A stretch of 64,000 nt of DNA, from contig OZ219917.1 of the NCBI GenBank assembly GCA_964291415.2, forward strand, positions 832,001-896,000, given 5' to 3'. Below, piece by piece: positions 9,011 to 18,933 of this stretch (position 1 is its first letter; each line of letters begins with the position of its first letter). The notes under the pieces were generated by a model that worked only from the letters and a program-made list of their open reading frames with translations, ran no database searches and had not been told where the DNA came from. The translations under genes were made by a program, and so were the position numbers. This DNA is from Alphaproteobacteria bacterium. Lineage in GTDB: Bacteria; Pseudomonadota; Alphaproteobacteria; SP197.

Positions 9011-11272
9011 ATGATCAAGCACAAGAAAATCGTCGGATACACGGATCGTATCAGCGCGGCGCCGGGCGACACCGTCGGCTTCATGGTGAGCTGCTACGAC
9101 GGTGTCACGCGCTACCGGGCAGATGTCGTGCGGCTGATTTCCGGCGATCTCCATCCGCAGGGCGCCGGCTTCAAGGAGACGGCGTTCGATACGCCGGCAG
9201 CGGGCGACTTCCCCGGACGCGAGCAGAAAATCCATGCAGGCTCTCACGCGGAGATCGCCGACCGGACGCCCTTTTTCGCACTGTCCAGTTTCACGCTCCA
9301 GGCGATGATCTGGCCTACCACTCCGCAACGCGGGCGCCAGGCACTGCTCGGCGCGTGGTCCGAACCGGAGCAGCGCGGGTATGCGTTGATGATCGGGGAT
9401 GACGCGGCGCCGATGCTGGTGCTGGGCGATGGGCAGGGAAACATCGAAACCGTGAGCACGGCCAAACCCCTGCTGGAGCGCCAATGGTGTTTCGTCGGCG
9501 CGAGCTTCGATGCGGAAACCCGCACGGCATGCGTGGTTCAGGTTCCCTCGGTCGAGTATCCCCTGGCCGATTCGACCGCCGAAGTCCGGCGAGCAGTGGC
9601 GATCGACGCACCGGTTACCGTCGAGGCGCCGTTCATGATCGCCGCGGTGTACGACGGAGAGGCGGGCGATCGAGCGATCGGAGCGCACCACTACAACGGC
9701 AAGATCGACAGTCCGCGCGTCGCCAACCGTGCGCTGGACCGCGAAGCGATGACAGCATTGATGCAGCGTCCTATACCGGCCGGGCTTCTGTCGTCTGTTG
9801 TCGCGGCGTGGGACTTCTCGCGGGCGATTCCGACGGACCAAATCGAGGATCTGTCCCCCAACCGCCTCGACGGCACCCTCGTCAATCTGCCGGCACGGGC
9901 GATGACCGGCCACGCCTGGACCGGAGAAGAGATGAACTGGCGCCACGCGCCGGAGCAGTACGGTGCGGTTCATTTCCATGAAGACGACATCCACGACGCG
10001 GGCTGGGAGGTCGACTTCGAACTTGTCATACCCGAGACCATGAAAAGCGGTGTCTATGCCGCACGTCTCGCCTCGGGCAGCGACGAGGACCGGATCCCGT
10101 TTTTCGTGCGTCCGCCGCGCGGTGTCAGGACCGCGGATCTGGCACTGCTGATCCCGACCGCGAGCTACTGGGCCTACGCCAACGAGCACATGGCGATAGA
10201 GGCGAGCGATTACGAGGCGTTCTCCGGCCATCTCACGTCGCTCAATTCGGAAGACCTGTTCCTCAATTCCCATCCCGAGTTCGGGCATTCGCTTTACGAC
10301 GTTTTCGCCGACGGCAGCGGCGTCTGCTATTCATCGCGTCTGCGTCCGGTTCTCAACATGCGGCCCGGCGTCACCATTTCCTGGGTCGGACCCGGCGGAA
10401 ACATGCCCTGGCAGTTCAACGCGGACCTGCACATCGTCGACTGGCTCGAAGCCATGGGCCACGACTACGACGTGATCACCGACGATGATCTGGATGCCGA
10501 AGGCTTGCCGCTGATCGACGGGTACCACGCGGTCATGACCGGCACCCATCCCGAATACTACTCAACGCGCATGTGGGATGCGGTCGAGGCGTACCTCGGC
10601 CGCGGGGGGCGACTCATGTACATGGGCGGCAACGGCTTCTACTCGCGGGTCGCCTACAGCGACGCGGTGCCGGGCGCCATCGAGCTGAGGCGCACCGAAG
10701 TCGAGTTCCGCGAGAAGTCGGGGGCTCCGGGCGAGTACTACCACAGCTTCAATGGAGAATACGGCGGCATATGGCGCCGCATCGGCCGCCCGCCCGGGGG
10801 CCTGGTGGGCGTCGGCATGGCCGTCGAGGGTTTTGACATCTGCGGTTACTACAGGCGAAAGCCCGGGAGCCATGATCCCAGGGCGGCTTTCATTTTCGAC
10901 GGTGTCGACGATGACATCATCGGCGATTTCGGCGTCGTCGGGGGCGGTGCCGCCGGTATCGAACTCGATCGCTGCGACACCAGCCTGGGATCGCCGCCAC
11001 ACACCCTGGTGCTCGCGAGCTCGGAGGGCCTTTCGAACCACTATTTCCCGACGGTCGAGGACTGCCTCATGGTGTCGTCCGGCCTCGGCGCCATGGACAA
11101 CCCCCAGGCACGGGGCGACATGGTGTTCTTTGAAACGCCCAACGGCGGCGGCGTGTTCTCGACCAGTTCCATGTCATGGTCCGGAAGTCTCTGCCACAAC
11201 AACTACGACAACAACGTCTCCAGGATCACCGACAACGTGCTCAGGCGCTTCCTCGATCCGACTCCCTTGTAG
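9011..11272 (+). CDS. N,N-dimethylformamidase large (beta) subunit family protein
   Basis: 753 aa; N-terminal LamG-like region; W.HAPEQYGA.HFH.DD, SG.YA.RL, PTASYWAYAN, YD...DGSGVCYSSRLRP, F.ADLH, HPEY, YMGGNGFY, NNVSRIT.NVL.RF. Confidence 0.88.
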   Translation: MIKHKKIVGYTDRISAAPGDTVGFMVSCYDGVTRYRADVVRLISGDLHPQGAGFKETAFDTPAAGDFPGREQKIHAGSHAEIADRTPFFALSSFTLQAMIWPTTPQRGRQALLGAWSEPEQRGYALMIGDDAAPMLVLGDGQGNIETVSTAKPLLERQWCFVGASFDAETRTACVVQVPSVEYPLADSTAEVRRAVAIDAPVTVEAPFMIAAVYDGEAGDRAIGAHHYNGKIDSPRVANRALDREAMTALMQRPIPAGLLSSVVAAWDFSRAIPTDQIEDLSPNRLDGTLVNLPARAMTGHAWTGEEMNWRHAPEQYGAVHFHEDDIHDAGWEVDFELVIPETMKSGVYAARLASGSDEDRIPFFVRPPRGVRTADLALLIPTASYWAYANEHMAIEASDYEAFSGHLTSLNSEDLFLNSHPEFGHSLYDVFADGSGVCYSSRLRPVLNMRPGVTISWVGPGGNMPWQFNADLHIVDWLEAMGHDYDVITDDDLDAEGLPLIDGYHAVMTGTHPEYYSTRMWDAVEAYLGRGGRLMYMGGNGFYSRVAYSDAVPGAIELRRTEVEFREKSGAPGEYYHSFNGEYGGIWRRIGRPPGGLVGVGMAVEGFDICGYYRRKPGSHDPRAAFIFDGVDDDIIGDFGVVGGGAAGIELDRCDTSLGSPPHTLVLASSEGLSNHYFPTVEDCLMVSSGLGAMDNPQARGDMVFFETPNGGGVFSTSSMSWSGSLCHNNYDNNVSRITDNVLRRFLDPTPL

Positions 11273-11556
11273 GCTGGGTTGTCTACGGTTCGAACCCCTG
11301 CTCCTGCCCTGGTCGAGACCACGGTGGACTGCATTCACCTCGTTGAACCGGCGACGATCGTCGACCCCCTCTTGGCCCCGGCTCTGCCATTCGCCGCCCA
11401 CGGCCACGCCGATGCCGGACGAGCAATCCCCGGCACGGCGCCAAACATCGCACCGGGATCTGCATTCAAGGATTTTGTCTGCAAGAGACGCCGATGAACC
11501 CGTGACCTCTCTATGCCGTATTCACAACGGCTTTCTCCACCCAATGGATCGAGCGG

Positions 11557-12102
11557 TCAGGAAGCGGCCGAGTCTGGGTTCAACGCGCCACACACATCTA
11601 AAGCGCTTCGCTTCGCTTCGGGGTGATGTCCACAGGCTAGGTCTCTCGATCTGCCAGTCACCTCTGCCCATCGGGAAAAGAAGGCATCGAAACTCGGCGG
11701 ATTCCGTGGGTACTGAATGCCATCGTTCAGACCAATCCAAGCATGCATGCTTTCTGTCCAGATGTGAGCAACCGGGCGAAGAAGGTTCGCCTCACGCAGG
11801 GTGCCAGGTTTCACGCTCAGACGATCGGGCTGTCCCACGATCTGATGGAACAGTCGGGTGCCGCAGGTTGCGCAAAAGCTACACTCCATGTCGTCGCCGG
11901 AAGGCAGATGACGTATCCACTTCCTTGTCTCACCAGTAAGGGTCTGTACTTCCGGGTCTGCGATCCACAACGCCATTCCAAATGCACTGGAGGTTTGCCG
12001 CTGGCACTCCGTGCAGTGGCAAGCGAACAGCGTAAGCGGGACACCGCTCAGTCTGTATCGTACGCCTCCACACTGGCACTGGCCTTCGAAACACCTACTC
12101 AC
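11557..12102 (-). CDS. GFA/CENP-V family protein (Zn-binding)
   Basis: GQCQCGGVRY, CHCTECQR, FCATCGT, HIW..S...W; GTG start after AAGGGG. Confidence 0.85.
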   Translation of the reverse strand: MSRCFEGQCQCGGVRYRLSGVPLTLFACHCTECQRQTSSAFGMALWIADPEVQTLTGETRKWIRHLPSGDDMECSFCATCGTRLFHQIVGQPDRLSVKPGTLREANLLRPVAHIWTESMHAWIGLNDGIQYPRNPPSFDAFFSRWAEVTGRSRDLACGHHPEAKRSALDVCGALNPDSAAS

Positions 12103-12244
12103 ACCCCTTTGCATCGATCCCCATCTCCCGCGCACGTGCGTGAAACGTATCATGTATCGTGCGGCACGCGCTTTGGCGCCGTGGGCGCGAAACTCGTGAG
12201 CATCAGGCGGCAGCGCGATAGGGACGCCCTTCGGTGCGTGGTTC

Positions 12245-13132
12245 TCACGCCCGACGCACGTCGGGACCCTGGTCCACCGTCGAGACACCCTCGTGAATTG
12301 TATCCGGACGTGGACCGTCGGCAGATCCTTCGCCGGCAAGCAGATATCCGGGGTCCCGATGCTCGCACCAACCCAGGAATGGACGGTGAATGGAGTAGCC
12401 GACCAATTCCTGGAGTTGTCGGGGCAACGTGCGTGCGACCTCGGGCGGCACCGCCAGATACTGATTCTCTTCCTGGCGCAACCAGCCCAGGCAATAGCCG
12501 ATGTACATTCCCGTGCGCGTGGCGTCCGAACGGTTGGCGCCGCCGCCGTGATAGACCGATCCGAGGTAGACACTGACGGAACCCCGTGACATCTCGACGG
12601 GAATGGTCTCTTCCTGGGTGGGTTGCCGTTCGTCGTTCCACTGGTGGCTGTCGAGAATCATGCGCGTGGCACCGTTCTCGTCCGTAAAGTCGCTCATCGC
12701 CCACAACGTGGCGACGATGAACTCGCGCGGATTTGGATGCCGGAACGGGTACATGCCATCGTCGCGATGAAGCGGCTGCACGGTCTCGCCAGGGCCTATG
12801 GCGATCGTGGTCGTCGACATGATCTGGAACCGATCGCAGAACGGTCCAAGGATGCTGTCGACGATGCCGAGAACGAGGGGTTGGGTCGCAAGCGTGCCCG
12901 CCGCAGGCGATTTCCCCATGAGGCCCGACGTTCGTTTCGTCTCGAAACCCATGATCGTTCCGTCACCCTTGGGTGTTGCGGCCATGTGAGGCGCCATCTC
13001 CTGTTCGATGGCATCCATGATGTGGTTGTCGGCGAGACCTTCGATGACGGCACATCCATCGCGGGTCACTGCTCCAACGATATCCGTCAACGCTGTCGAC
13101 GGATCGAACCTGGCAATATCCCGTTCCGCCAA
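12245..13132 (-). CDS. Phytanoyl-CoA dioxygenase (PhyH) family protein
   Basis: QPLHRDD (HxD), DFT.ENGAT, YHGGGAN, GWLRQEENQYL; TTG start after AAGGAGG. Confidence 0.9.
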   Translation of the reverse strand: MAERDIARFDPSTALTDIVGAVTRDGCAVIEGLADNHIMDAIEQEMAPHMAATPKGDGTIMGFETKRTSGLMGKSPAAGTLATQPLVLGIVDSILGPFCDRFQIMSTTTIAIGPGETVQPLHRDDGMYPFRHPNPREFIVATLWAMSDFTDENGATRMILDSHQWNDERQPTQEETIPVEMSRGSVSVYLGSVYHGGGANRSDATRTGMYIGYCLGWLRQEENQYLAVPPEVARTLPRQLQELVGYSIHRPFLGWCEHRDPGYLLAGEGSADGPRPDTIHEGVSTVDQGPDVRRA

Positions 13133-13349
13133 GACGGTTCCTCCTTTTCACGCGGGACGATCGCATCGAATCCTCCCGCCTTCAGTGTGGTCCGTGGGCC
13201 ATCCTACCATCAAACAAGGGTTTACCGTGACGGCCTTTCACTTCCCTTAGACACGAGGATGGTGGTCGATGGCCATCTCCCTCGCCGGACTGGGCCAGAG
13301 CCCTCTCACGGTGCCTGACGCAACTCTCATCCGGCGACCCGGTCAAGCC

Positions 13350-13565
13350 AATGTGACGTGCCAAGCGTCTCCCGGCGCGCTCGCCCGCGACGACGTGGCC
13401 GCAGGTTTCGTGTGCCATGCCCCGTGCTTCCTCGGGTGTCACGGCCCCATGGCGTCCCAGTACGAGACCCTGCGGCCGCCTTCCGGCCTTCCCGTCGCCC
13501 CGCCAGAAGCCAGCGGGTGCGTCGGGCGTGTGCGGCAGCCGGCCTTGAGCCGGAGACCCGCATTC
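13350..13565 (-). pseudogene. Eroded N-terminal arm-binding domain of a tyrosine integrase
   Basis: Frame-broken translation MRVSGSR...GRREGRKAA / LVLGRHGAVTPEEARGMAHETCGHVVAGE resembles the Arm-DNA-bind_3 motif GR.G.LT.EEAR..A...LG.V..G.DP. Confidence 0.55.
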
Positions 13566-13577
13566 GACGAACTGTGG

Positions 13578-14474
13578 TCAGTCGATCCAGTAGGGGTTGG
13601 ACCAGCCCTGCTTGCCGGCGTCGTCGGTGACGGTGATGCGGAACCAGCTGTTGCGGAAGGGCCAGGTGTCGAAGCGGGCGCCGGTGAGCCCGTCGCCGTC
13701 GATGTAGTCGGCGCGCGACCCCTTGCCCTGGATGGAAATGCGCCGGGCCGGCGTGCAGCGGACGTTGATGTGGCCGTTCTCGACGGCGATGTCGTGGAAG
13801 TCCGGCCCCTGGCTCGCGTAGTAGCGCCCCGCCTTCAGGGAGGCGAGCAGGGCGTCGGGGTCGTTGTCTTCGGCCTGGACCATGACCCAGCCGCCGAGCC
13901 AGTCGTCGACCAGCTTGTGGGCATCGTCGACGGCATAGCCCGAAAGACGCCAGCCCTCATTGAGCAGGACATCGAGAAAGGCCCAGCTGTATCCCCGGTC
14001 GACCTCGATCTCGGAGCCGTGATTGTAGATCTCGACCGCGTGGGCAAAGGGAAGCCTGTGGGCGTCGCCCTGGGTGAGTCCGTACCATGTCGGATGCACC
14101 ATGCCGATGAAGGCGCCCGCCTCGAAGGCCCGCCGGGCGACTTCTGGACCCGTCTCGTCCTTGCGCAGCGCCTCGAAATCGAGGGGCAGGCCGACGGCCT
14201 TGATGTGCCAGATCTCTCCGGCCTCGGTCTCGGGGGCATGCAGTTCGGCGCCGATGATGGTTGTGAAGTCACCGGTCCGGAAGGGCCGCGTGTCCGTGAC
14301 GCCGAACCCGTAGACCTCCATGAAGTGGTCGGTCAGGACGAGGAAGTCGTACCCCTTCTCGCGATAGGCCCGGCAGACGTCACGGGCGGAGTGGTGGCCG
14401 TCCGATGATGTGCTGTGGGTGTGGATGTTGCCCTTGTAGAACCGTCCCGGCCTGCTGAAATCGAGATTCTCCAT
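13578..14474 (-). CDS. PHP-domain metallohydrolase (CehA/McbA-like)
   Basis: KGNIHTHSTSSDG, GYDFLVLTDH, HP, EIYN, DDAH, Y.S.GP, W.NP. Confidence 0.85.
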   Translation of the reverse strand: MENLDFSRPGRFYKGNIHTHSTSSDGHHSARDVCRAYREKGYDFLVLTDHFMEVYGFGVTDTRPFRTGDFTTIIGAELHAPETEAGEIWHIKAVGLPLDFEALRKDETGPEVARRAFEAGAFIGMVHPTWYGLTQGDAHRLPFAHAVEIYNHGSEIEVDRGYSWAFLDVLLNEGWRLSGYAVDDAHKLVDDWLGGWVMVQAEDNDPDALLASLKAGRYYASQGPDFHDIAVENGHINVRCTPARRISIQGKGSRADYIDGDGLTGARFDTWPFRNSWFRITVTDDAGKQGWSNPYWID

Positions 14475-14600
14475 GGCGCCGCTCTCCCGGGGGTCCGCGA
14501 ATCGACAGTGTCATCATGTTGGCGCATCATGACAACAATGTAGTCGGCCGGTTCAGGTCGAGGCGGCGACCATCGTGTGGATCGTGTGAGGGACGGGGAC

Positions 14601-15440
14601 ATGACGGCAGACGGGGCCGGTAGCGGCATGGCGCAATGGAAGTCGGAGTCCGGCGAGAACATCTATCCCTATGACACCAAGATGGACCGCAGGACCTACG
14701 AGAACCGCAAGGCGAGGCTGCAGGTCGAACTTCTCAAGGTCCAGAGATGGGTCAAGGAATCGGGGCAGAAGATCGTCGTCCTCTTCGAGGGGCGCGACGC
14801 CGCCGGCAAGGGTGGCACCATCAAGAGGTTCATGGAGCACCTCAATCCCCGTGGCGCCCGCGTCGTCGCCCTCGACAAGCCGACGGAACGCGAACGCGGC
14901 CAATGGTACTTCCAGCGCTACATCGCCCACCTGCCGACGGCCGGGGAAATCGTCATGTTCGACAGGTCCTGGTACAACCGTGCGGGAGTCGAGCGCGTCA
15001 TGGGATTCTGCACCGACCGGGAGTATCTCGAGTTCACGCGCCAGTGCCCGGAGGTCGAGCGCATGCTGGTCAACAGCGGAATCAGGCTTTTCAAGTACTG
15101 GTTTTCGGTGACCAGGACCGAACAGTCCCGGCGCTTCAATGCCCGTCTGAATGACCCGCTGAAGCAGTGGAAGCTGTCGCCCGTCGACCGAGAGTCACGC
15201 GCCAAGTGGGATGACTACACCCAGGCCAAGGAGGCGATGTTCTTCTACACCGACACGGCCGCCGTACCCTGGGTCATCATCAAGTCCAACGACAAGAAGC
15301 GGGCCCGCATCGCCTGCATGCAGCACTTCCTTTCCAGCCTGCCCTATCCGGACAAGAATGATGACGTCGTCACAGGCCCCGACCCTCTGCTCGTCACGAC
15401 TCCGGACCTTGCGACCCTGCCGGGCGCCATTCCGCACTAG
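14601..15440 (+). CDS. ppk2: Polyphosphate kinase 2
   Basis: FEGRDAAGKGG, FDRSWYNRAGVE, DPLKQWKLS. Confidence 0.95.
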   Translation: MTADGAGSGMAQWKSESGENIYPYDTKMDRRTYENRKARLQVELLKVQRWVKESGQKIVVLFEGRDAAGKGGTIKRFMEHLNPRGARVVALDKPTERERGQWYFQRYIAHLPTAGEIVMFDRSWYNRAGVERVMGFCTDREYLEFTRQCPEVERMLVNSGIRLFKYWFSVTRTEQSRRFNARLNDPLKQWKLSPVDRESRAKWDDYTQAKEAMFFYTDTAAVPWVIIKSNDKKRARIACMQHFLSSLPYPDKNDDVVTGPDPLLVTTPDLATLPGAIPH

Positions 15441-16840
15441 TCGAGTTGTGCGACGTGGAGCGTGTTGGTCGCACCGGGAGTGCCGAAGGGGACCCCGGCG
15501 GTGATGACAATGCTCTCGCCGCTTCGCGCGAACCCCTCCCGTGCGGCGAGGACGCAGGCCCGTTCCACCATTCCTGAAAACGACCGTGCGTCGTCCGTGT
15601 GCACCGAGTGCACACCCCAGGCGAGGGACAGGCGCCGGGCAGTCGTGAGGCTCGGTGTCAGGCCCAGGATCGGCACTTCGGGTCTGACGCGCGATGCCCG
15701 CAGCGTCGTCTTTCCCGACACCGAATAGGTGGCGATGGCGCTGGCGCCCAGGGTACCGGCAACCTGGCGTGCCGCCGCCGAGATGGCATCGGCCCCGGTG
15801 GCTTCCGGCGCCCCGGCCTGGGGATCGTAGAACGGATCCTGTTCCACCGTTGTCATGATGCGGTCCATCATGGCAACGGCATCCACCGGGAAGGCGCCCA
15901 CGGAGGTTTCTCCGGAGAGCATCAGGGCGTCGGCGCCGTCATAGACCGCAGTCGCCACATCGGTCACCTCCGCACGGGTGGGTGACGGTGCGAACACCAT
16001 GGAATCCAGCATCTGCGTGGCAACGATCACGGGCTTGCCCACGTCACGGCACATGCGGATGACCCGCTTCTGGACACCGGGAACCTCTTCGGGCCTGAGT
16101 TCCACGCCGAGGTCGCCCCGCGCCACCATGATGCCGTCGGCGAGGTCGACAATCCCCTCGAGACTGTCGATGGCCGCGGGTTTCTCCAGCTTGGCGATGA
16201 TGTTGACGCCGTCCCCGGCCAGCGCCCGCGCCTCGGTGATGTCGTCGGGCCGCTGCACGAAGGAAAGCGCAATCCACTCGACGCCGAGTTCGCGGGCAAA
16301 GGCAAGATCGTCCCTGTCCTTGGGCGTCAGGGCGGCGATGGGGAGCCGGACCCCGGGAAGATTGAGGCCCTTGTGATCGGAGAGGCCTTCGCCGGCCTCG
16401 ACAACGGTCGTGACGTGGTCCCCGCTGCTTGCGACGACCCTGAGCATCACCTTGCCGTCATCGAGGAGGATGGTGTCTCCCTCGCCCGTGGCGGCGAAGA
16501 TCTCTGCATGGGGTGTTCCGACGCGTGCCTCGTTGCCGGGCTCCGGATCGAGATCGATGCGGAACTCCTGGCCCCGTTCCAGGACGATGCTTGCGTTTCG
16601 GAACTGCCCGATACGCAGTTTCGGTCCCTGGAGATCGGCAATCATGCCCACGGGCCGGGCAGACGACTTCTCGAGTTCCCGCAAGGTCGACCGCCACTCC
16701 CGCCACTGGTGGCGGTCGCCGTGGCTCATGTTGAAACGGAAGACGTCCGTTCCGGCCTCGAAGAGCGCTGCGATCGTGTCACGGGACGAGGTTGCCGGTC
16801 CCAGTGTTGCCACGATCTTGGTCTGCCGGTTTCGGTGCAT
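15437..16840 (-). CDS. pyk: Pyruvate kinase
   Basis: TKIVATLGP, DLQGPK, MVARGDLGVE, ATQML.SM, MLSGET. Confidence 0.97.
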   Translation of the reverse strand: MHRNRQTKIVATLGPATSSRDTIAALFEAGTDVFRFNMSHGDRHQWREWRSTLRELEKSSARPVGMIADLQGPKLRIGQFRNASIVLERGQEFRIDLDPEPGNEARVGTPHAEIFAATGEGDTILLDDGKVMLRVVASSGDHVTTVVEAGEGLSDHKGLNLPGVRLPIAALTPKDRDDLAFARELGVEWIALSFVQRPDDITEARALAGDGVNIIAKLEKPAAIDSLEGIVDLADGIMVARGDLGVELRPEEVPGVQKRVIRMCRDVGKPVIVATQMLDSMVFAPSPTRAEVTDVATAVYDGADALMLSGETSVGAFPVDAVAMMDRIMTTVEQDPFYDPQAGAPEATGADAISAAARQVAGTLGASAIATYSVSGKTTLRASRVRPEVPILGLTPSLTTARRLSLAWGVHSVHTDDARSFSGMVERACVLAAREGFARSGESIVITAGVPFGTPGATNTLHVAQLD

Positions 16841-16855
16841 GGCGCCTCCTCGGGG

Positions 16856-18112
16856 TCACGTGATGAGAATGGCCCGGAAATCATTGACATTCGTGCATGT
16901 CGGTCCGGTGACAATATGGTCTTCAAGCCGGTGGAAGAGACGACCGCTGTCCTGCGCGGCCAGCACTTTAGCCGGTTGCAGGCCGGAGCGGCGGGCGCGG
17001 TCCATGGTTCCAGGGTCGATCATCGCGCCGGCGGCCGGGGTGCTGCCGTCGATGCCGTCGGTGTCGCAGGCCAGCGCATGGATGCCGTCCTCGCCGTCGA
17101 GAGCGACGGCGAGCGCCAGCAGGTACTCCTGGTTGCGGCCGCCCGTTCCGGTGCCGGTACGGGTCACGGTGGTTTCGCCGCCGGAGAGGATCACGTGCGG
17201 CCGGGGGAGCAGGCTGGCGGCCAGATCCCTCGCCAGGCCAGCATGGCGGCGGCCAAGGTCACGCGCTTCGCCTTCGAGATTGTCTCCAAGGAGGGTGACG
17301 CCGGCGCCGGACCTGATCGCCTGCCCGGCCGCCGCCTCAAGGGAGTCCCGGGCTCTGGCGAGTATGGTGAAGGTCGACCGGGAGAGAGCCGCATCGCCGG
17401 GCTTGGGCGTCTCGCTCTTCGCGCACTCGAGCCAGGTCCGTACCGAACCCGGCACATCGAGGCGGTAGCACTCGAGAATGGCGAGGGCATCGTGTCTGGT
17501 TCCGGGGTCGCCCACGGTGGGTCCCGAAGCGATCACGGCAGGATCGTCGCCCGGAACATCCGAGATGGCGAGGGTGACGACTTCGGCAGGCCAGGCGGCT
17601 GCGGCAAGCCTGCCTCCCTTGATGGCAGAGAGATGCTTGCGGACACAGTTCATCTCGCCGATGGCGGCGCCGGACCGCAGCAGCGCTTCGTTGACGGCCC
17701 GCTTGTCGTCGAGCGTGAGGCCCGGCGCCGGCGCCACGAGCAGTGACGAACCCCCACCGGAGATGAGGGCGAGCACGCGGTCTCCTTCCCCAAGCCCCTG
17801 GACGAGGTCCAGAATGCGCCGGGCCGCGTCGATGCCGGCCTCGTCCGGTACCGGATGGGACGCTTCCACCGTTTCAATGCGCCGGGTGTCCATGCCGTGG
17901 CCGTAGGGCGTGACGACGATCCCCTCGATGGGCCCCGACCACCGGGACTCCACAAAGGCCGCCATCGCCGAAGCGGCCTTGCCGGCGCCGACGACAACCG
18001 TCCGTCCGGCAACCGGCGGCGGCAGGACGTCCTCCATGCATCGATCGGCCCGGGCCGCCCCGACCGCGGAATGGAAGAGCGACTCCAGAAACGATCGCGG
18101 ATCGTCGATCAT
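16856..18112 (-). CDS. Glycerate kinase (TtuD/MOFRL family)
   Basis: GAGKAA, HPVPD, LISGGGSSL, SDVPGD, SGGETTV, GGRNQE, TDGIDG, TGPT.TNVND. Confidence 0.93.
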   Translation of the reverse strand: MIDDPRSFLESLFHSAVGAARADRCMEDVLPPPVAGRTVVVGAGKAASAMAAFVESRWSGPIEGIVVTPYGHGMDTRRIETVEASHPVPDEAGIDAARRILDLVQGLGEGDRVLALISGGGSSLLVAPAPGLTLDDKRAVNEALLRSGAAIGEMNCVRKHLSAIKGGRLAAAAWPAEVVTLAISDVPGDDPAVIASGPTVGDPGTRHDALAILECYRLDVPGSVRTWLECAKSETPKPGDAALSRSTFTILARARDSLEAAAGQAIRSGAGVTLLGDNLEGEARDLGRRHAGLARDLAASLLPRPHVILSGGETTVTRTGTGTGGRNQEYLLALAVALDGEDGIHALACDTDGIDGSTPAAGAMIDPGTMDRARRSGLQPAKVLAAQDSGRLFHRLEDHIVTGPTCTNVNDFRAILIT

Positions 18113-18176
18113 GGCAGGCCTTGTTGCACGGGCCCCAACGACGAGGCAACTGACTGCGGATCGCTCCATTGTTCCG

Positions 18177-18832
18177 TCACGGCGATGTGCGTCTGACAAT
18201 TCGGACATCGCTTTTGCCGCCACCTTCCGGTTGCCGGCTCAGGCAGGCGGCTTCGCCGCCGGATTCCAGATCACAGGTCATGATACGCCGGTAGATGTAG
18301 GTAAGATCAGAGCATTGGACATCGGCGTGATCTTCAATCCTGAGGCGGCCGTCATCGAGAAAGGCTGCGGTAACTGATTGGAACACGTGGCGCCATCGGT
18401 TAACACGAGCTCCTGGTTGCCCTGGCCATGGCTATCGAAACACATCTCCCCGGAAGCCACATCCGTGATCGCGCCAGTATCGACCTGCTGGAGACTGTAG
18501 TCGGATGCCAGGGACCAGCATCCCTCGAGGAGGGTGATATCGCCTTCCTGCCATTTCTCGGCATCGAGTCTGTCCGGGTCGGGAGGAGTCTCCGGTGGAG
18601 GACAGTCGGGAAGCATGGCGAGTTGAAGCTGAAGGTTGTTGAGCTGGTCCGTGAGGAGGGCCTGGTGCTCGATCTCCGATTCCAGCTCGGTCGATCTTTC
18701 GGTCGGCGGGGGACAGCGGTCGAGGCGGCCGAGGTCCAGACCGCAGGCGGGGATGATGAGCAGGGCGGCCCAGGCCGCGAGTCCGCAAGGGAGGGCAGTG
18801 CCGAGAAGAGCCAGAATGGTCGGGACCCTCAT
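18177..18832 (-). pseudogene. Frameshifted Cys-rich membrane-anchored protein resembling the SrfA C-terminal domain
   Basis: ORF 18278-18832 (TM, coiled coil, LEGCW, CFD..GQG, GATC) continues in another frame (18177-18386: G.L.I..., C.D, C......A.C) after an indel near 18376. Confidence 0.55.
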
Positions 18833-18933
18833 GGACTCTGGTTCCGCAATCGGCCTGCCATGCCGGTCACCATAGCATGTTCTGCTCTGGCCGGACCCTT
18901 GATCGCGGCCGCTGCCTGATATAGGTCACATGC

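Noticed and set aside
11285-11305. GGTTCGAACCC, tRNA T-arm or att-like sequence
   Set aside because: No acceptor stem or CCA; does not match the 3' end of the tRNA-Gly in this window
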